A stretch of DNA of 64,000 bases, from assembly GCA_965237675.1 (NCBI GenBank), contig OZ250150.1:3872001-3936000 (forward strand). Direction: 5' to 3'. Source of the DNA: Candidatus Latescibacterota bacterium (GTDB lineage: Bacteria > Latescibacterota > UBA2968 > GCA-2709665). This document shows, piece by piece, positions 50,749 to 61,232 of this stretch. The first letter of the stretch is position 1; each line of letters begins with the position of its first letter. The position numbers were made by a program, and so were the translations under genes. Below the pieces are notes generated by a model. The model was not told the DNA's origin, made no database searches, and saw only the letters and a list, made by a program, of their open reading frames with translations.

Positions 50749-52542
50749 ATGGGCGGCTTTTTCACAAGAGCGTACCGCCACATTCAACAATCGATAGACG
50801 ATGATCGCTGTGTGATTCTGGATGGCGGAGTCGCAACGGAACTCGAACGCATGGGGCTTCGTGATCAAGCCATAAGCGATCACAACCTCTGGGGCACATG
50901 GGCTCTGTATCACGAACCCTATTCGGTGCTGGATGTACATCGCCGGTTTGTGGAGGTCGGCTGTGACGTCATTTCAACCAACACCTGGGGGATCCTGGAG
51001 GGGCCGGAGATAGGCGGGGGGGGTCTTACCGCGGACGCGGGGATATCGCACTGGATGGATGTGGCACGGCGGGGCGTCAGGCTGGCTCGCCGGGCAAATC
51101 AACAGGTCGGCAGGGCGGACGAATGTGCCGTGGCCTTCAGCATAAATGGCGATATCGACACGTCTCAGCGGCTGGAACGATTGCAGCTTCTGTCACGGGT
51201 ATTTGTAGACGATCCACCCGATCTCATTCTCATGGAGACGATGTCAATTGTCCGGGATGACCTGACGCTTCCGGCCGTCGACCTGATGATCCAGACCGGT
51301 ATTCCGGTCTGGCTGAGCTTCCGGCGTTGCAGACAGGGTTTGTGCGGTGTACATGGACAGCACTGGGGCGGTCCCGAGGGCGACTATTTCGGAAGAGTGG
51401 CCGGCCGTTTCGAACGAATGGGTATAGGAGCCCTTTTGATTAATTGCCTTCCGGTAGAGCACGTCTCCGGGATGATTGCGTGGCTGCGGGATTTTACGGA
51501 CCTGCCGTTGGGTGTGTACCCGAACATGGGGCGTTACCTGGACCCGGGTTGGAAATTCGATGAAACCGTGGGACCGCGGTTTTTTGCCACCCTGGCTGAG
51601 GCCTGGCGTGAAGAGGGAGCACAGATCGTCGGTGGGTGCTGTGGCGTGACACCGGATCATATCGCCGAAGCCAGGAAGGCGCTGACGGGAACCCGGGCAG
51701 GCAGTACGCGACCCCCGCCTCCGACGTTTGCGGGGGTCGGAACCGACGAGGATCACTCGGTCGTTCCGTGCCCGTGGGTCGACGAGAACAGCCGGAAGCT
51801 CTTTCCGTTGCCATTTCCCGAAATTATGTGCGACCCGGGTGTTTTCGCGCCCACACAGGGGAGTTTCCTGATCTGGAAGCATCTCTTTCGAACGGGCGCC
51901 GGTCACGGCAAACGCTGCCTGGATGTAGGGTGCGGCACCGGCGTCTTGTCCGTACAACTGGCGTTGAATGGGGCGGAGCAGGTGGTGGCAATCGATATCC
52001 AGAAAGAAGCCGTGGGCAATACGATGACGAACGCCTTTAGGAACGGCGTGGCCGACCGCGTTTCCGGAAAGGTCGTGGATCTCTATACCTATATTCCGGA
52101 AGAAAAGCACGACCTGGTAATCGGCAGCCTCTATCAGATGCCCGTGGATCCGATTCGGCAAACGGCCGGACACCGTCCGGCCGATTTCTGGGGCAGGAAT
52201 CTACTCGATCACCTGATCGCTCTGCTGCCTGAGATGCTTGCCGATGACGGTGTCGCCTATCTGATGCAGATTTCGGCGCTGAGTCAGATTCGAACCGGAG
52301 AACTGATTGCCGTCGCCGGGCTGGAAGCCCGGGTTTTGGATTTCAGCTTTTTTCACTTCAGCCCGGTATTTGAAGAGAATACGGATCAAATCAGGCGGGT
52401 CTCTGAGCTGTCGGATGCCTTTCACCTCAGTTTCGGTCAGGACAATGTGATGGTGATGTACCTGCTGGAAATAAAGTTCCGTGGACGAAATCCACAGATA
52501 GCCGGGGGTGAGAACACGGCGCCGTCCGGACCGGCGATGTGA
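50749..52542 (+). CDS. homocysteine S-methyltransferase domain fused to a class I SAM-dependent methyltransferase
   Basis: ILDGGVATEL, LINC, VGGCCG; C-terminal LDVGCGTG. Confidence 0.85.
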   Translation: MGGFFTRAYRHIQQSIDDDRCVILDGGVATELERMGLRDQAISDHNLWGTWALYHEPYSVLDVHRRFVEVGCDVISTNTWGILEGPEIGGGGLTADAGISHWMDVARRGVRLARRANQQVGRADECAVAFSINGDIDTSQRLERLQLLSRVFVDDPPDLILMETMSIVRDDLTLPAVDLMIQTGIPVWLSFRRCRQGLCGVHGQHWGGPEGDYFGRVAGRFERMGIGALLINCLPVEHVSGMIAWLRDFTDLPLGVYPNMGRYLDPGWKFDETVGPRFFATLAEAWREEGAQIVGGCCGVTPDHIAEARKALTGTRAGSTRPPPPTFAGVGTDEDHSVVPCPWVDENSRKLFPLPFPEIMCDPGVFAPTQGSFLIWKHLFRTGAGHGKRCLDVGCGTGVLSVQLALNGAEQVVAIDIQKEAVGNTMTNAFRNGVADRVSGKVVDLYTYIPEEKHDLVIGSLYQMPVDPIRQTAGHRPADFWGRNLLDHLIALLPEMLADDGVAYLMQISALSQIRTGELIAVAGLEARVLDFSFFHFSPVFEENTDQIRRVSELSDAFHLSFGQDNVMVMYLLEIKFRGRNPQIAGGENTAPSGPAM

Positions 52543-52691
52543 GCAGATCCGGCTCCATCTTCCGGGATCCGCGAACCCGACAAAGGGTCGCGTGGCGCCT
52601 TATGCACAGATCGGGCTGTGCTGATCGCCGTGCGCGCGTCTGAACGATTTTCACCGGCGGTGCGGGCTCCGCATTCGCCCGGGAATGCAAT

Positions 52692-53522
52692 ATGGTTGAT
52701 CCATTCATGAAGGGTCGCGTCGCGATTGTCACGGGAGGCGCGAGCGGGTTGGGAAAAGCCATTGCGTTGCGCCTGGCAGGTCGGTGTGCGGACATTTGTA
52801 TTATGTCCTTGAGCAGCCGGCGGGTGAAACGAATGGACAGCGAAGTGAAGTACTTCGCGGACGTCGACGAGATCGAGACAACCCGACAGGAAATCCAGGA
52901 AATCGGCGTAAGGTGCATTGGCCTGGACGGCGACGTCAGCTCGGAAACAGACGTGGAGGGCATGATCGGCCGGACCGTCAGGACCTTCGGCAGGTTGGAC
53001 GTTCTGGTGAATAACGCCGCGACAAACGTGGTACATCCGGTCCTTGACCACGACAACGCCGCCTGGAAGCGTGTGGTGGATGTCAATCTGTTCGGACCCT
53101 ACCTTTGCACCCGTATCGCGCTACCGTATCTGATCGAAAACGGCTGGGGTCGAGTCGTTTCTATCGGTTCCACCAACGCCCACGTCGGTACCGCCAGTTA
53201 CAGCGCTTACGCGGCGTCCAAACACGGGTTGCTGGGGTTCAACAAATCTCTCGCGCTGGAGGTGGCGCCCCACCACATCACCGCCAATACCATCAGCCCT
53301 GCAACGGTAGAAACACCGTCCGCGCAGATGCATCTTCTGCGATGGGCGGAAGACTTGGGTCTCTCGCGTGAAGCCATGCGAGAGGAGTTCCTGAAATCCT
53401 ACCCGCAGGGCAGATTTCTGCTCCCGGAAGAAATTGCCGACCTGGTTGTCTATTTGTGCAGGGAAGAAGCGAGAGGAATCAACGGGGAAGATATCCGCGT
53501 GACGACGGGTGCGATGTACTAG
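52692..53522 (+). CDS. SDR family oxidoreductase
   Basis: TGGASGLG, LVNNA, YAASK. Confidence 0.93.
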   Translation: MVDPFMKGRVAIVTGGASGLGKAIALRLAGRCADICIMSLSSRRVKRMDSEVKYFADVDEIETTRQEIQEIGVRCIGLDGDVSSETDVEGMIGRTVRTFGRLDVLVNNAATNVVHPVLDHDNAAWKRVVDVNLFGPYLCTRIALPYLIENGWGRVVSIGSTNAHVGTASYSAYAASKHGLLGFNKSLALEVAPHHITANTISPATVETPSAQMHLLRWAEDLGLSREAMREEFLKSYPQGRFLLPEEIADLVVYLCREEARGINGEDIRVTTGAMY

Positions 53523-53546
53523 TGTTCGTGGGCGAAGGAGGCGATT

Positions 53547-54329
53547 ATGGATCTGGGATTAAAGGGCCGCCGTGCACTGGTGACAGGCGCGAGCAAGGGG
53601 ATCGGCAAGGCAATTGCCTTTGAATTGGCAACGGAAGGGGCCGATCTCGCAATCTGTGCCCGTGGGTCCCGTGATCTTGAGAATACGGCTGCAGCGCTCA
53701 AGGCGAAGAAGGGTGTGAACGTGTTTGCTGCCACCGCGGACGTAACGGTCAAAGAGGAGATGCAGGCATTTGTGGAGGAGGCGTCCGCCGCGCTGGGCGG
53801 GCTCGATATTCTCGTGAACAACGCTGGCAGCGCGCTTCCCGGTACGTTCGAAGAGGTGGACGAGGTTCGCTGGCGTGCGGACCTGGATGTGAAGCTGTTT
53901 GCCGCGATGCACTGCGTGCGTGCCGCCCTGCCTTATCTGAAACAGAGCCGGCAGGCGAGGATCGTCAATATCAACTCGATTGTCGGTCGTCAGATTGCGC
54001 CGGAATACATCGCAAACAGCACGGATAGAGCGGCCTGTCTGGCGTTCAGCAAGGGCCTGGCGGACAACCTGGCACAATATGGAATTCTCGTAAACAGTGT
54101 GAATCCCGGCAACGTGAAAAGCCAGGCCTGGGGTAGCACCCTCGACTATTTCGCACCGGTCGCGGAATTGGAAGATTACTATTCGGAGGCAAGCCGGGAA
54201 ACACCGCTTGGCAGGGTGGCGGAAGCAGCCGAGATCGCGGCAGTGGTGGCGTTTCTGGCAGGCAAAAGGGCGAGCTATATCACCGGCGCTTCCATCGATG
54301 TGGACGGCGGATTGGTGAGGTATATCTGA
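53547..54329 (+). CDS. SDR family oxidoreductase (atypical active site)
   Basis: TGASKGIG, LVNNAG, ITGASIDVDGG; YxxxK replaced by NSTDR. Confidence 0.9.
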   Translation: MDLGLKGRRALVTGASKGIGKAIAFELATEGADLAICARGSRDLENTAAALKAKKGVNVFAATADVTVKEEMQAFVEEASAALGGLDILVNNAGSALPGTFEEVDEVRWRADLDVKLFAAMHCVRAALPYLKQSRQARIVNINSIVGRQIAPEYIANSTDRAACLAFSKGLADNLAQYGILVNSVNPGNVKSQAWGSTLDYFAPVAELEDYYSEASRETPLGRVAEAAEIAAVVAFLAGKRASYITGASIDVDGGLVRYI

Positions 54330-54544
54330 GCCGCCCGGGGGTCGGAGGTTGAAGTGCGGGTGTCTGTCGCCCCGCGTTCGTCAACAAAGATCGCGTGTTT
54401 CAGGTAAGTGGTAAGATCGGTCCCGCAATCGTGCACCCGCCTTGCGGTGAAATGTAGCGCATCATGCACGGGTTCTTGCGGCAACGATGGACATGGTACG
54501 TTGGTCTGTGTCGTCAGGCGAAAGTTTCCGCACCGAAAGGAAAC

Positions 54545-56803
54545 GTGTTGCCCAATCCGCGTTTCGAAAGATTGTCTCCAGTACCTGGCCAGGGCCTGGA
54601 GGGTTATGCCGACGAAATAACCCTCCAGGCCGGAGCCGAGATCGAGTTCAAACTGGGAGGTCCTCGGGGCGCGGCAGAGGTGAACATGGCCCGACTGATT
54701 CACGGGGATCCGAATCCCGATGGACCCGGTTACGGGGAAGAACGTGTTTCGTGGGGACAGCCGGGCCGGATTGAGGTGTCCGAACAGGTAACGGATTATG
54801 GTTCATTTATTGAGATTCCGCATTCCGATTCCCTGAACCCGGTGGGCGGGTTTACCGTGGCACTCTGGTTTCGTCCGACTTTAGGCGGCGGCGGATGGCG
54901 CGCCATCGCGGTGAAGTGGGCGAGCGAAAACTTGAGCTACGGGATTTTTTTCGCCGGCGAACGGTTTCTGACGGCAGCCGTGTCTCACGACGGGAAAAAG
55001 GCGAACTGGGCAACAGCCAGAGAGTCAATCCATATCGACAACTGGCAGTTCGTGGCGTTCTCTTACGAACCTGACTCAGGGGAAGTTTGTCTCTACCAGC
55101 AGATGGGGGATACGGCTGGCGTGGTCGAAACACGGTCCTCCCGCGATGCGCTGGTCTGTGCGTCGAAAAGAACCGAACGGGGTCCGGTATTCGCGGGTAC
55201 CGCGCCCCTGCTGTTTGGCGCCTGTCCGGATCCGGGCCGCGAAGGCAACCATTGGGCCCATTTTACGGGCAAAATTGCACATCCCGTGCTTTTCGGAACC
55301 GCGCTGGAACGCGATGGGATCCAGGCACTTGCCGGTGGGGAGAATCCTTCATCACTGGGCCCGTTGCTCGGATGCTGGCATCTTGGCGTCGACGTGACCG
55401 GGGAACGCGTCGTTGATCTGTCTGACTACGAAAATCACGGGATTGCTGTAAACGCGCCTGGCCGTGCGGTTACGGGGCCGACCTGGAACGGAATGCCGTC
55501 CCGGCTCTATACCGATCATCCTGACGACTACAATGCGATCTACCTGCACGAAGACGATCTGGAAGATGCCCGGTGGCCAACGTCCTTTGCGGTGCAAGCA
55601 CCCCCTGACGCAAGACCCGGAATCTATGCAGTCCGCGCCGAGAACGATGCGGAAACTCTCTTCGTGCCGTTTATCGTGACATCGAAGACACCACGGTCCG
55701 AATTGGCATGTCTGATACCCACGCTCACGTGGCAGGCGTACGGCAGCAACCGCGCGGCGTACAGCTATACTGAAGACGGTGTTCTCGATCGCACGCTATG
55801 CACTTACGACGTGCACAGCGACGGGTCGATGGTTTGTTACTACTCGCGCCTTCAGCCCACGCGTGGATGGAATCCGAAGGCGGGATTTCAAAACTGGGGC
55901 GCGCACAATATTACCGCGAATCTCTATCTGATCGACTGGCTGGAAGCACTGAAGTTCGAATATGACGTGTTCGCGGACGAAAATTTGCATTGCGAAGGGA
56001 CCGAGCTGCTTTCGAAATATCGATGTGTGATTCTGGGAAGCCATCCCGAATACCACACCGAAAAGATGGTCGACAGCCTGGCGGCGTATGTGCGAAATGG
56101 CGGCCGGCTCGTCTATTTGAGCGGCAACGGTCTATACTGGGTGATGTCCATCGACCCCCGGCGGCCGCACGTGCTTGAACTTCGCCGAGGGGGAGAGGGC
56201 GACTACGGACCGACATACGAGCCGGTGCCCGGGGAATCGCAACACAGCACGACACTGGAACTGGGGGGACTGTGGGCAAGGCGAGGACGTCCTCCCCGGC
56301 GGACGGTCGGCGTGGAACATGCGTCCAACGCCTGGATCGAAAGCAAAGAAAGAAGGGGCTTTCGGCGCCTTCCGGCAGGCACGGATTCCCGGTACGCGTT
56401 CGTTTTCGACGGTATCGGAGAAGACGAAGTTATTGGAGACTTCGGCCTGAACCTCGGGAGCGCGGCAGGATTCGAAATGGACGCCGTGCAGGATTGGGTA
56501 TGGGACGGGCTCACGCCCGAGCCTGTCGTACTTGCCCGGGCGTCGCATCCCGAATATATCCCCGCGCGACGCACGCACGTTTCGCCGGCGGCGGATCTGG
56601 CGATTATGGCTTATCCGGGTGGCGGCGCGGTTTTTTCGGCTGGCTCGGTAACCTGGACGGGCAGCCTCTCCCACAACGGTTATGCGAACAATGTATCCAC
56701 CATCACCCGCAACGTGATTCGCCGGTTTCTGGATGCGCCCGCCGGCGGGACGGTACTCGGAGACGCCGGACACCCATCCCCGGTAAACGCATCTCCGAAA
56801 TGA
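54545..56803 (+). CDS. N,N-dimethylformamidase beta-subunit family protein with LamG-like insert
   Basis: RLIHGDPNP, HEDDLEDARW, TWQAY, YDVHSDGS, GSHPEY, YLSGNGLYW, AAGFEMD, GGAVFSAGS. Confidence 0.85.
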   Translation: MLPNPRFERLSPVPGQGLEGYADEITLQAGAEIEFKLGGPRGAAEVNMARLIHGDPNPDGPGYGEERVSWGQPGRIEVSEQVTDYGSFIEIPHSDSLNPVGGFTVALWFRPTLGGGGWRAIAVKWASENLSYGIFFAGERFLTAAVSHDGKKANWATARESIHIDNWQFVAFSYEPDSGEVCLYQQMGDTAGVVETRSSRDALVCASKRTERGPVFAGTAPLLFGACPDPGREGNHWAHFTGKIAHPVLFGTALERDGIQALAGGENPSSLGPLLGCWHLGVDVTGERVVDLSDYENHGIAVNAPGRAVTGPTWNGMPSRLYTDHPDDYNAIYLHEDDLEDARWPTSFAVQAPPDARPGIYAVRAENDAETLFVPFIVTSKTPRSELACLIPTLTWQAYGSNRAAYSYTEDGVLDRTLCTYDVHSDGSMVCYYSRLQPTRGWNPKAGFQNWGAHNITANLYLIDWLEALKFEYDVFADENLHCEGTELLSKYRCVILGSHPEYHTEKMVDSLAAYVRNGGRLVYLSGNGLYWVMSIDPRRPHVLELRRGGEGDYGPTYEPVPGESQHSTTLELGGLWARRGRPPRRTVGVEHASNAWIESKERRGFRRLPAGTDSRYAFVFDGIGEDEVIGDFGLNLGSAAGFEMDAVQDWVWDGLTPEPVVLARASHPEYIPARRTHVSPAADLAIMAYPGGGAVFSAGSVTWTGSLSHNGYANNVSTITRNVIRRFLDAPAGGTVLGDAGHPSPVNASPK

Positions 56804-56834
56804 AATTCTGCGTCACACCGGAGCGTGAATTCAA

Positions 56835-57902
56835 TTGAACGCCGATAATCCGGAAAACCCCCGAAGCCTGTTGCAGCGCCTGGATGATGACGCGGTGATC
56901 TGCGCGGAGGGGTATCTGTTTGAACTCGAGCGTCGAGGGTATCTGCAGGCGGGCCCGTACGTGCCGGAAGTCGTGCTGGAACATCCTGAGGTCGTGGCCG
57001 GGCTGCACCGGGAATTCTGGCGTTCGGGCACGGATGTGATCGAGGCGTTTACGTATTACGCCCATCGGGAAAAACTGCGTCTTATCGGCAAGGAACATCT
57101 TCTGGAACCCTTACAGAAAAATGCGCTGGCAATCGCGAAAGCGGTTGCCGCCGAGGTCGGAGGAGAACGCCCACTCGTGGCCGGCAATATTTGTAATACC
57201 AACATTTGGGATCCGGCGGATCGCGCAACGGATGCGCGGGTTACCGCGATGTTCGACGAACAGGTGGCCTGGGCAGTTGAGGCCGGAGTCGATTACATGA
57301 TCGCGGAGACATTCTCGTTTTTCGGGGAGGCCGAGTTGGCCTTGGCGTCCATCAAGCGGGCTGGATTGTCGGCCGTGGTGACCTTTGCCCACCATCGGGA
57401 AGAAGGTTTACGGGATGGGGTCCTGCTGGATGAGGCGGCAGGACGTCTGGAGGGGGCGGGAGCGGAAGTGGTGGGTGTGAACTGTACCAGGGGGCCAGGG
57501 ACGATGCTGCCCGATGTCGAACGCATTCGGAGGGCGGTATCCTGTCACGTGGCGGCATTGCCGGTACCGTTTCGCACGACCGAAAATCAACCGACGTTCC
57601 AGTCGCTTCGGGAGCCGGGCCCTGAACCGCCGCCCACGGGACGGTCGTTTCCGACAGCACTGGACCCGTTCTCCTGCCACAGGTACGAGTTGGCCGAGTT
57701 TGCGCGTCGGGCGTACGATATGGGTGTCCGCTACCTGGGGGTTTGCTGCGGGGCCGGGCCTCATCACGTCCGGTCAGTTGCGGAAGAATTGGGCCGGGTC
57801 CCGCCCGCCAGCAGATACAGCCCGGACATGTCCAGGCACTATGCGCTGGGCAGCGATTCAAGCCTCAAGAGCCACAATCGGGAATTTATCGAAAAGCTGT
57901 GA
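56835..57902 (+). CDS. betaine-homocysteine S-methyltransferase-like protein
   Basis: CAEGYLFELERRGYLQAG, AFTYYAHREK, GVNC, GVCCG. Confidence 0.85.
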   Translation: MNADNPENPRSLLQRLDDDAVICAEGYLFELERRGYLQAGPYVPEVVLEHPEVVAGLHREFWRSGTDVIEAFTYYAHREKLRLIGKEHLLEPLQKNALAIAKAVAAEVGGERPLVAGNICNTNIWDPADRATDARVTAMFDEQVAWAVEAGVDYMIAETFSFFGEAELALASIKRAGLSAVVTFAHHREEGLRDGVLLDEAAGRLEGAGAEVVGVNCTRGPGTMLPDVERIRRAVSCHVAALPVPFRTTENQPTFQSLREPGPEPPPTGRSFPTALDPFSCHRYELAEFARRAYDMGVRYLGVCCGAGPHHVRSVAEELGRVPPASRYSPDMSRHYALGSDSSLKSHNREFIEKL

Positions 57903-58060
57903 CAAATCCCGCGGCCACACCGTATCGGAATTGGTGTATTTTCTCGGAAATCGACCTGCGCCAACTGGGCGCGTGCGATCGAGTCCATCCCTGCTGACAG
58001 GTCCACGCAACGGCGCATGAGTCAGCTTGTCGTTGGACTCGACCCGGAGCGTTCAAGTCG

Positions 58061-59662
58061 ATGCGATCCTGCGCGGCTGCCATCGCGAAAACCTTGCACG
58101 ATGAAAAGGTCCGGTACGTATTCGGTCATCCGGGCGGCGAGGTCGTGGACCTGATCGACGCGCTTGAGAACGCGGGAATCCGATTCGTGCTGACCGGCCA
58201 CGAAGCTGCCGCCGCGTTTATGGCGAGCACGGTCGGGCGCCTGACCGGGACTCCCGGCGTCTGCATGGCGACGCTGGGGCCGGGCGGCTGCAATCTGGTC
58301 CTGGGTGTCGGCGCCGCGTTCCTCGACAGGGACCCGATGCTGGCCATTTCCGCGCGGAGTCTGGCATCGCGGGCAAGGATGAGCGAGAAGCAAAACCTGC
58401 GTCTCAATGAATTGTTCGATCCCATCTGCAAATGGTCCGTCTCGCTGGGAAATAACGGCGTGGAGCAGACGGTGCGGTCCGCGTTGTCGCTGGCGGGGGC
58501 GCCGCCGGCTGGCCCCGTATACCTCTCGTTACCGAATGATGTCGCCGTGGCAGATGCCGCCACCGGCACGGGCGCGTCGCCACCGTGTCCGATTCGTGTA
58601 TGCGAGGGGGATCTCGAAGATATAACAACAGCGTTGAATCGGGCCGAACGCCCCGTTGGCGTTGTGGGCGTTGCGTTGAATGCCCGGCGGGATTCTGCAG
58701 CCGTGCGTCGATTTTTCGCGGCATCGGGAATTCCCTACGTCGTTCTTCCACAGGCAAAGGGCATTGCGGATGAGTCGGGCCCCGGGTACCTGGGCACGGT
58801 GGCGTCGGCCGCCGGAGATGCCGTCCTTGTGAATCTGATACGGCGAAGCGATTGTTTACTGGGCGTGGGCTTCGATCCCGTGGAGTCGGCCCAGGACTGG
58901 CATCTTCGCCAACCGGTCTACTCTCTGGCCAATTCCTCGATCGCGTTCGGCGACTTTGAACCGGCCACGGAGTGCGTGGGTGACGTTGCCTCCCTGCTCG
59001 ACCGTTTGCTTGAGGGATACGACCGGGACGCCCGTTGGACAGCGGCCGAAATCCGCAACGCGCAGCATGCGGTAGCGGATGCGATTCGTCCGATGACGGC
59101 GTCCAGCCCCAATGGTCTTTCACCCTACCATCTGATGTGTGTCTTGTGCGATACGCTGCCCGAAGAGACCGTTCTTTCAACCGACGTGGGCGCCCACAAG
59201 ATGCTGATTTCGCAGGTCTGGCGGGCGCGTTCCCCGGGCGCGTTTCTGACTTCCAACGGCCTGTCCGCGATGGGGTACGGGCTGCCGTCGGCGCTGTCGG
59301 CCGCGCTGGTACGGCCCGGCCGGCCGGTAGCCGGTGTGTTCGGGGACGCCGGTTTCGCGATGATGGTTCAGGAATTGGAAACGGCGCGCAGGCTGGGACT
59401 GCGCCCCTTGCTGGTCGTGCTCTGCGACCGATCTCTGGCAATTGTCAAAGTCGCGCAGGACATGCGTAACATCCCGCACCGGGGGGTGGATTTCCATCCT
59501 GTGGATTGGGCAGTGGTCGCCGATGGATTTGGCGTGAGGGGAGAGACCGTGACCACCCTGGATGACATGCGGAGGGTGGGGGAGGAATGGCTGGCAAAAC
59601 CGCGGTTGACCGTTGTGGCGGCACGGGTGGATGACGAATTATACACTGCGTTGGAATATTGA
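58061..59662 (+). CDS. thiamine-diphosphate-dependent enzyme (acetolactate synthase-like)
   Basis: FGHPGG, HEAAAAFMA, TLGPG, DVGAH, MGYGLP, GDAGF. Confidence 0.9.
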   Translation: MRSCAAAIAKTLHDEKVRYVFGHPGGEVVDLIDALENAGIRFVLTGHEAAAAFMASTVGRLTGTPGVCMATLGPGGCNLVLGVGAAFLDRDPMLAISARSLASRARMSEKQNLRLNELFDPICKWSVSLGNNGVEQTVRSALSLAGAPPAGPVYLSLPNDVAVADAATGTGASPPCPIRVCEGDLEDITTALNRAERPVGVVGVALNARRDSAAVRRFFAASGIPYVVLPQAKGIADESGPGYLGTVASAAGDAVLVNLIRRSDCLLGVGFDPVESAQDWHLRQPVYSLANSSIAFGDFEPATECVGDVASLLDRLLEGYDRDARWTAAEIRNAQHAVADAIRPMTASSPNGLSPYHLMCVLCDTLPEETVLSTDVGAHKMLISQVWRARSPGAFLTSNGLSAMGYGLPSALSAALVRPGRPVAGVFGDAGFAMMVQELETARRLGLRPLLVVLCDRSLAIVKVAQDMRNIPHRGVDFHPVDWAVVADGFGVRGETVTTLDDMRRVGEEWLAKPRLTVVAARVDDELYTALEY

Positions 59663-59718
59663 CCTTTCCGTGCATGTGCGGCGGCGGGCCGACCGGACTG
59701 GGAACGTGAGGGGGCTCC

Positions 59719-61056
59719 ATGGGTTTACCGGAACACGTGAGGTATCTGATCATCGGCGCCGGGGTACACGGTCTGAGTACCGGCTACCACCTGGCGCGGG
59801 AGTTGAAAAGGCGGCGCCAGGGTTGCGGGCCGGACGTGCTGATTGTGGACAAGACGGGGGTGGCCGCGGGCGCTTCCGGTATCGCCTGCGGTGTGATCCG
59901 AAACAACTATTACCAACCTGCCATGCGCGAACTGATGGCGCACAGCGTCGAGATATGGGAGACCGATCCAGAGGCATTCAGTTATCACCCCGTTGGTTAC
60001 ATGCAGATCAGCCCTGAGTCGATGCACGAAGGTGTTGCAACCATCGCACAACAACAGTGTGAGATCGGTTACGAATCGGAGTTTATAGAAGGAGAAGCAG
60101 ACTGCATGAAGTATATGCGGGGTTTGTTTCACGACTGGCAGGCGAAGGGAATCACGTCCGTTCTGCACGAAAAAAGAGGGGGATACGCCAACAATCGTGC
60201 GTCGATGATCGGCCTGGCGTCGAAGGCCAGAAGCGAGGGCGTGGAGATACTGGAAGGCGTTGGGGTGGCCGGATTTCGGTACGATGGCGGGGCCATATCG
60301 GCCGTGGAAACGGATCAGGGCGTGATCCGGGTCGATGAGGTCGTGGTCGCCGTGGGACCGTGGGCGAAATTACTATGGGACCTGTTGGAACTACCCGCAT
60401 CAGTGAGCATCAAGGCTTCGGACGGCGCCGTACATCACGATATTCCAATGTGGACCTACTGGTGTCTGCAGGAAGGTACGCTGGGTGTGGACCCTCATTT
60501 TCTCAAGACAAACGACGGAAGGACGCCCCCGGTGATTCATCTGGATACGGACGAACCGCTGTTTTCGGACGTCGACGGTTCGCTGATAACAGATCGGATG
60601 TGGGGGATATATTACAAGCCCGACTTCCACTTTGGGGGTGTGCAGGGAGGCGGTATGCCCTACAGGGTGGAAAGACCAACGGACGAGGTCGCGGTGGACC
60701 CCTATGGCCCGGAGTCTCTCGATTTCATCGTTGGCGACCGATTCGCGCTGCAGTGGTGTTCCGCGCTGGCATTTTGTCAGAAGCGGTTTGAAGGAAAATC
60801 CCCGCTCTTTAAGAAAGAGCCATCCGGTGGCATTGGCGCGTTTACACCCGACAGTTTTCCGGTGTTCGACCGATTTCACAAGAACTGTTACATGATTGCG
60901 GATTCCAACCACGGGTACAAGATGATCGGAGTGGGTAAGCTCGTGGCGGAGGAACTCCTGGGCAAACGCTCCGACCTCCTGGAGCCGTTCCGTTTTACCC
61001 GCTATGCTGCGGGTAGGCTGCACCCGGTATCGAACAGCCCGTTTCCCTGGAGTTGA
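59719..61056 (+). CDS. FAD-dependent oxidoreductase, N-methylglutamate dehydrogenase subunit A / sarcosine oxidase beta-like
   Basis: IGAGVHGLSTGYHLA, GASGIACGVIRNNY, DSNHGYKMIGVG. Confidence 0.8.
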   Translation: MGLPEHVRYLIIGAGVHGLSTGYHLARELKRRRQGCGPDVLIVDKTGVAAGASGIACGVIRNNYYQPAMRELMAHSVEIWETDPEAFSYHPVGYMQISPESMHEGVATIAQQQCEIGYESEFIEGEADCMKYMRGLFHDWQAKGITSVLHEKRGGYANNRASMIGLASKARSEGVEILEGVGVAGFRYDGGAISAVETDQGVIRVDEVVVAVGPWAKLLWDLLELPASVSIKASDGAVHHDIPMWTYWCLQEGTLGVDPHFLKTNDGRTPPVIHLDTDEPLFSDVDGSLITDRMWGIYYKPDFHFGGVQGGGMPYRVERPTDEVAVDPYGPESLDFIVGDRFALQWCSALAFCQKRFEGKSPLFKKEPSGGIGAFTPDSFPVFDRFHKNCYMIADSNHGYKMIGVGKLVAEELLGKRSDLLEPFRFTRYAAGRLHPVSNSPFPWS

Positions 61057-61232
61057 CTTCGACCGCAAACTTCTAAACACCCTGATCGCAAGGGTATGCA
61101 TCGAGCGCTGAACCTGTAATCCGGGCCCTGGATGTCAGAGCCTCCGAACCCTTTGTTGAAACCCGGGACCATGCATTCCACGGCCGCAGAACGGATATCG
61201 GGAAACCAGATTCAGGAACACAGACGGAGAAT

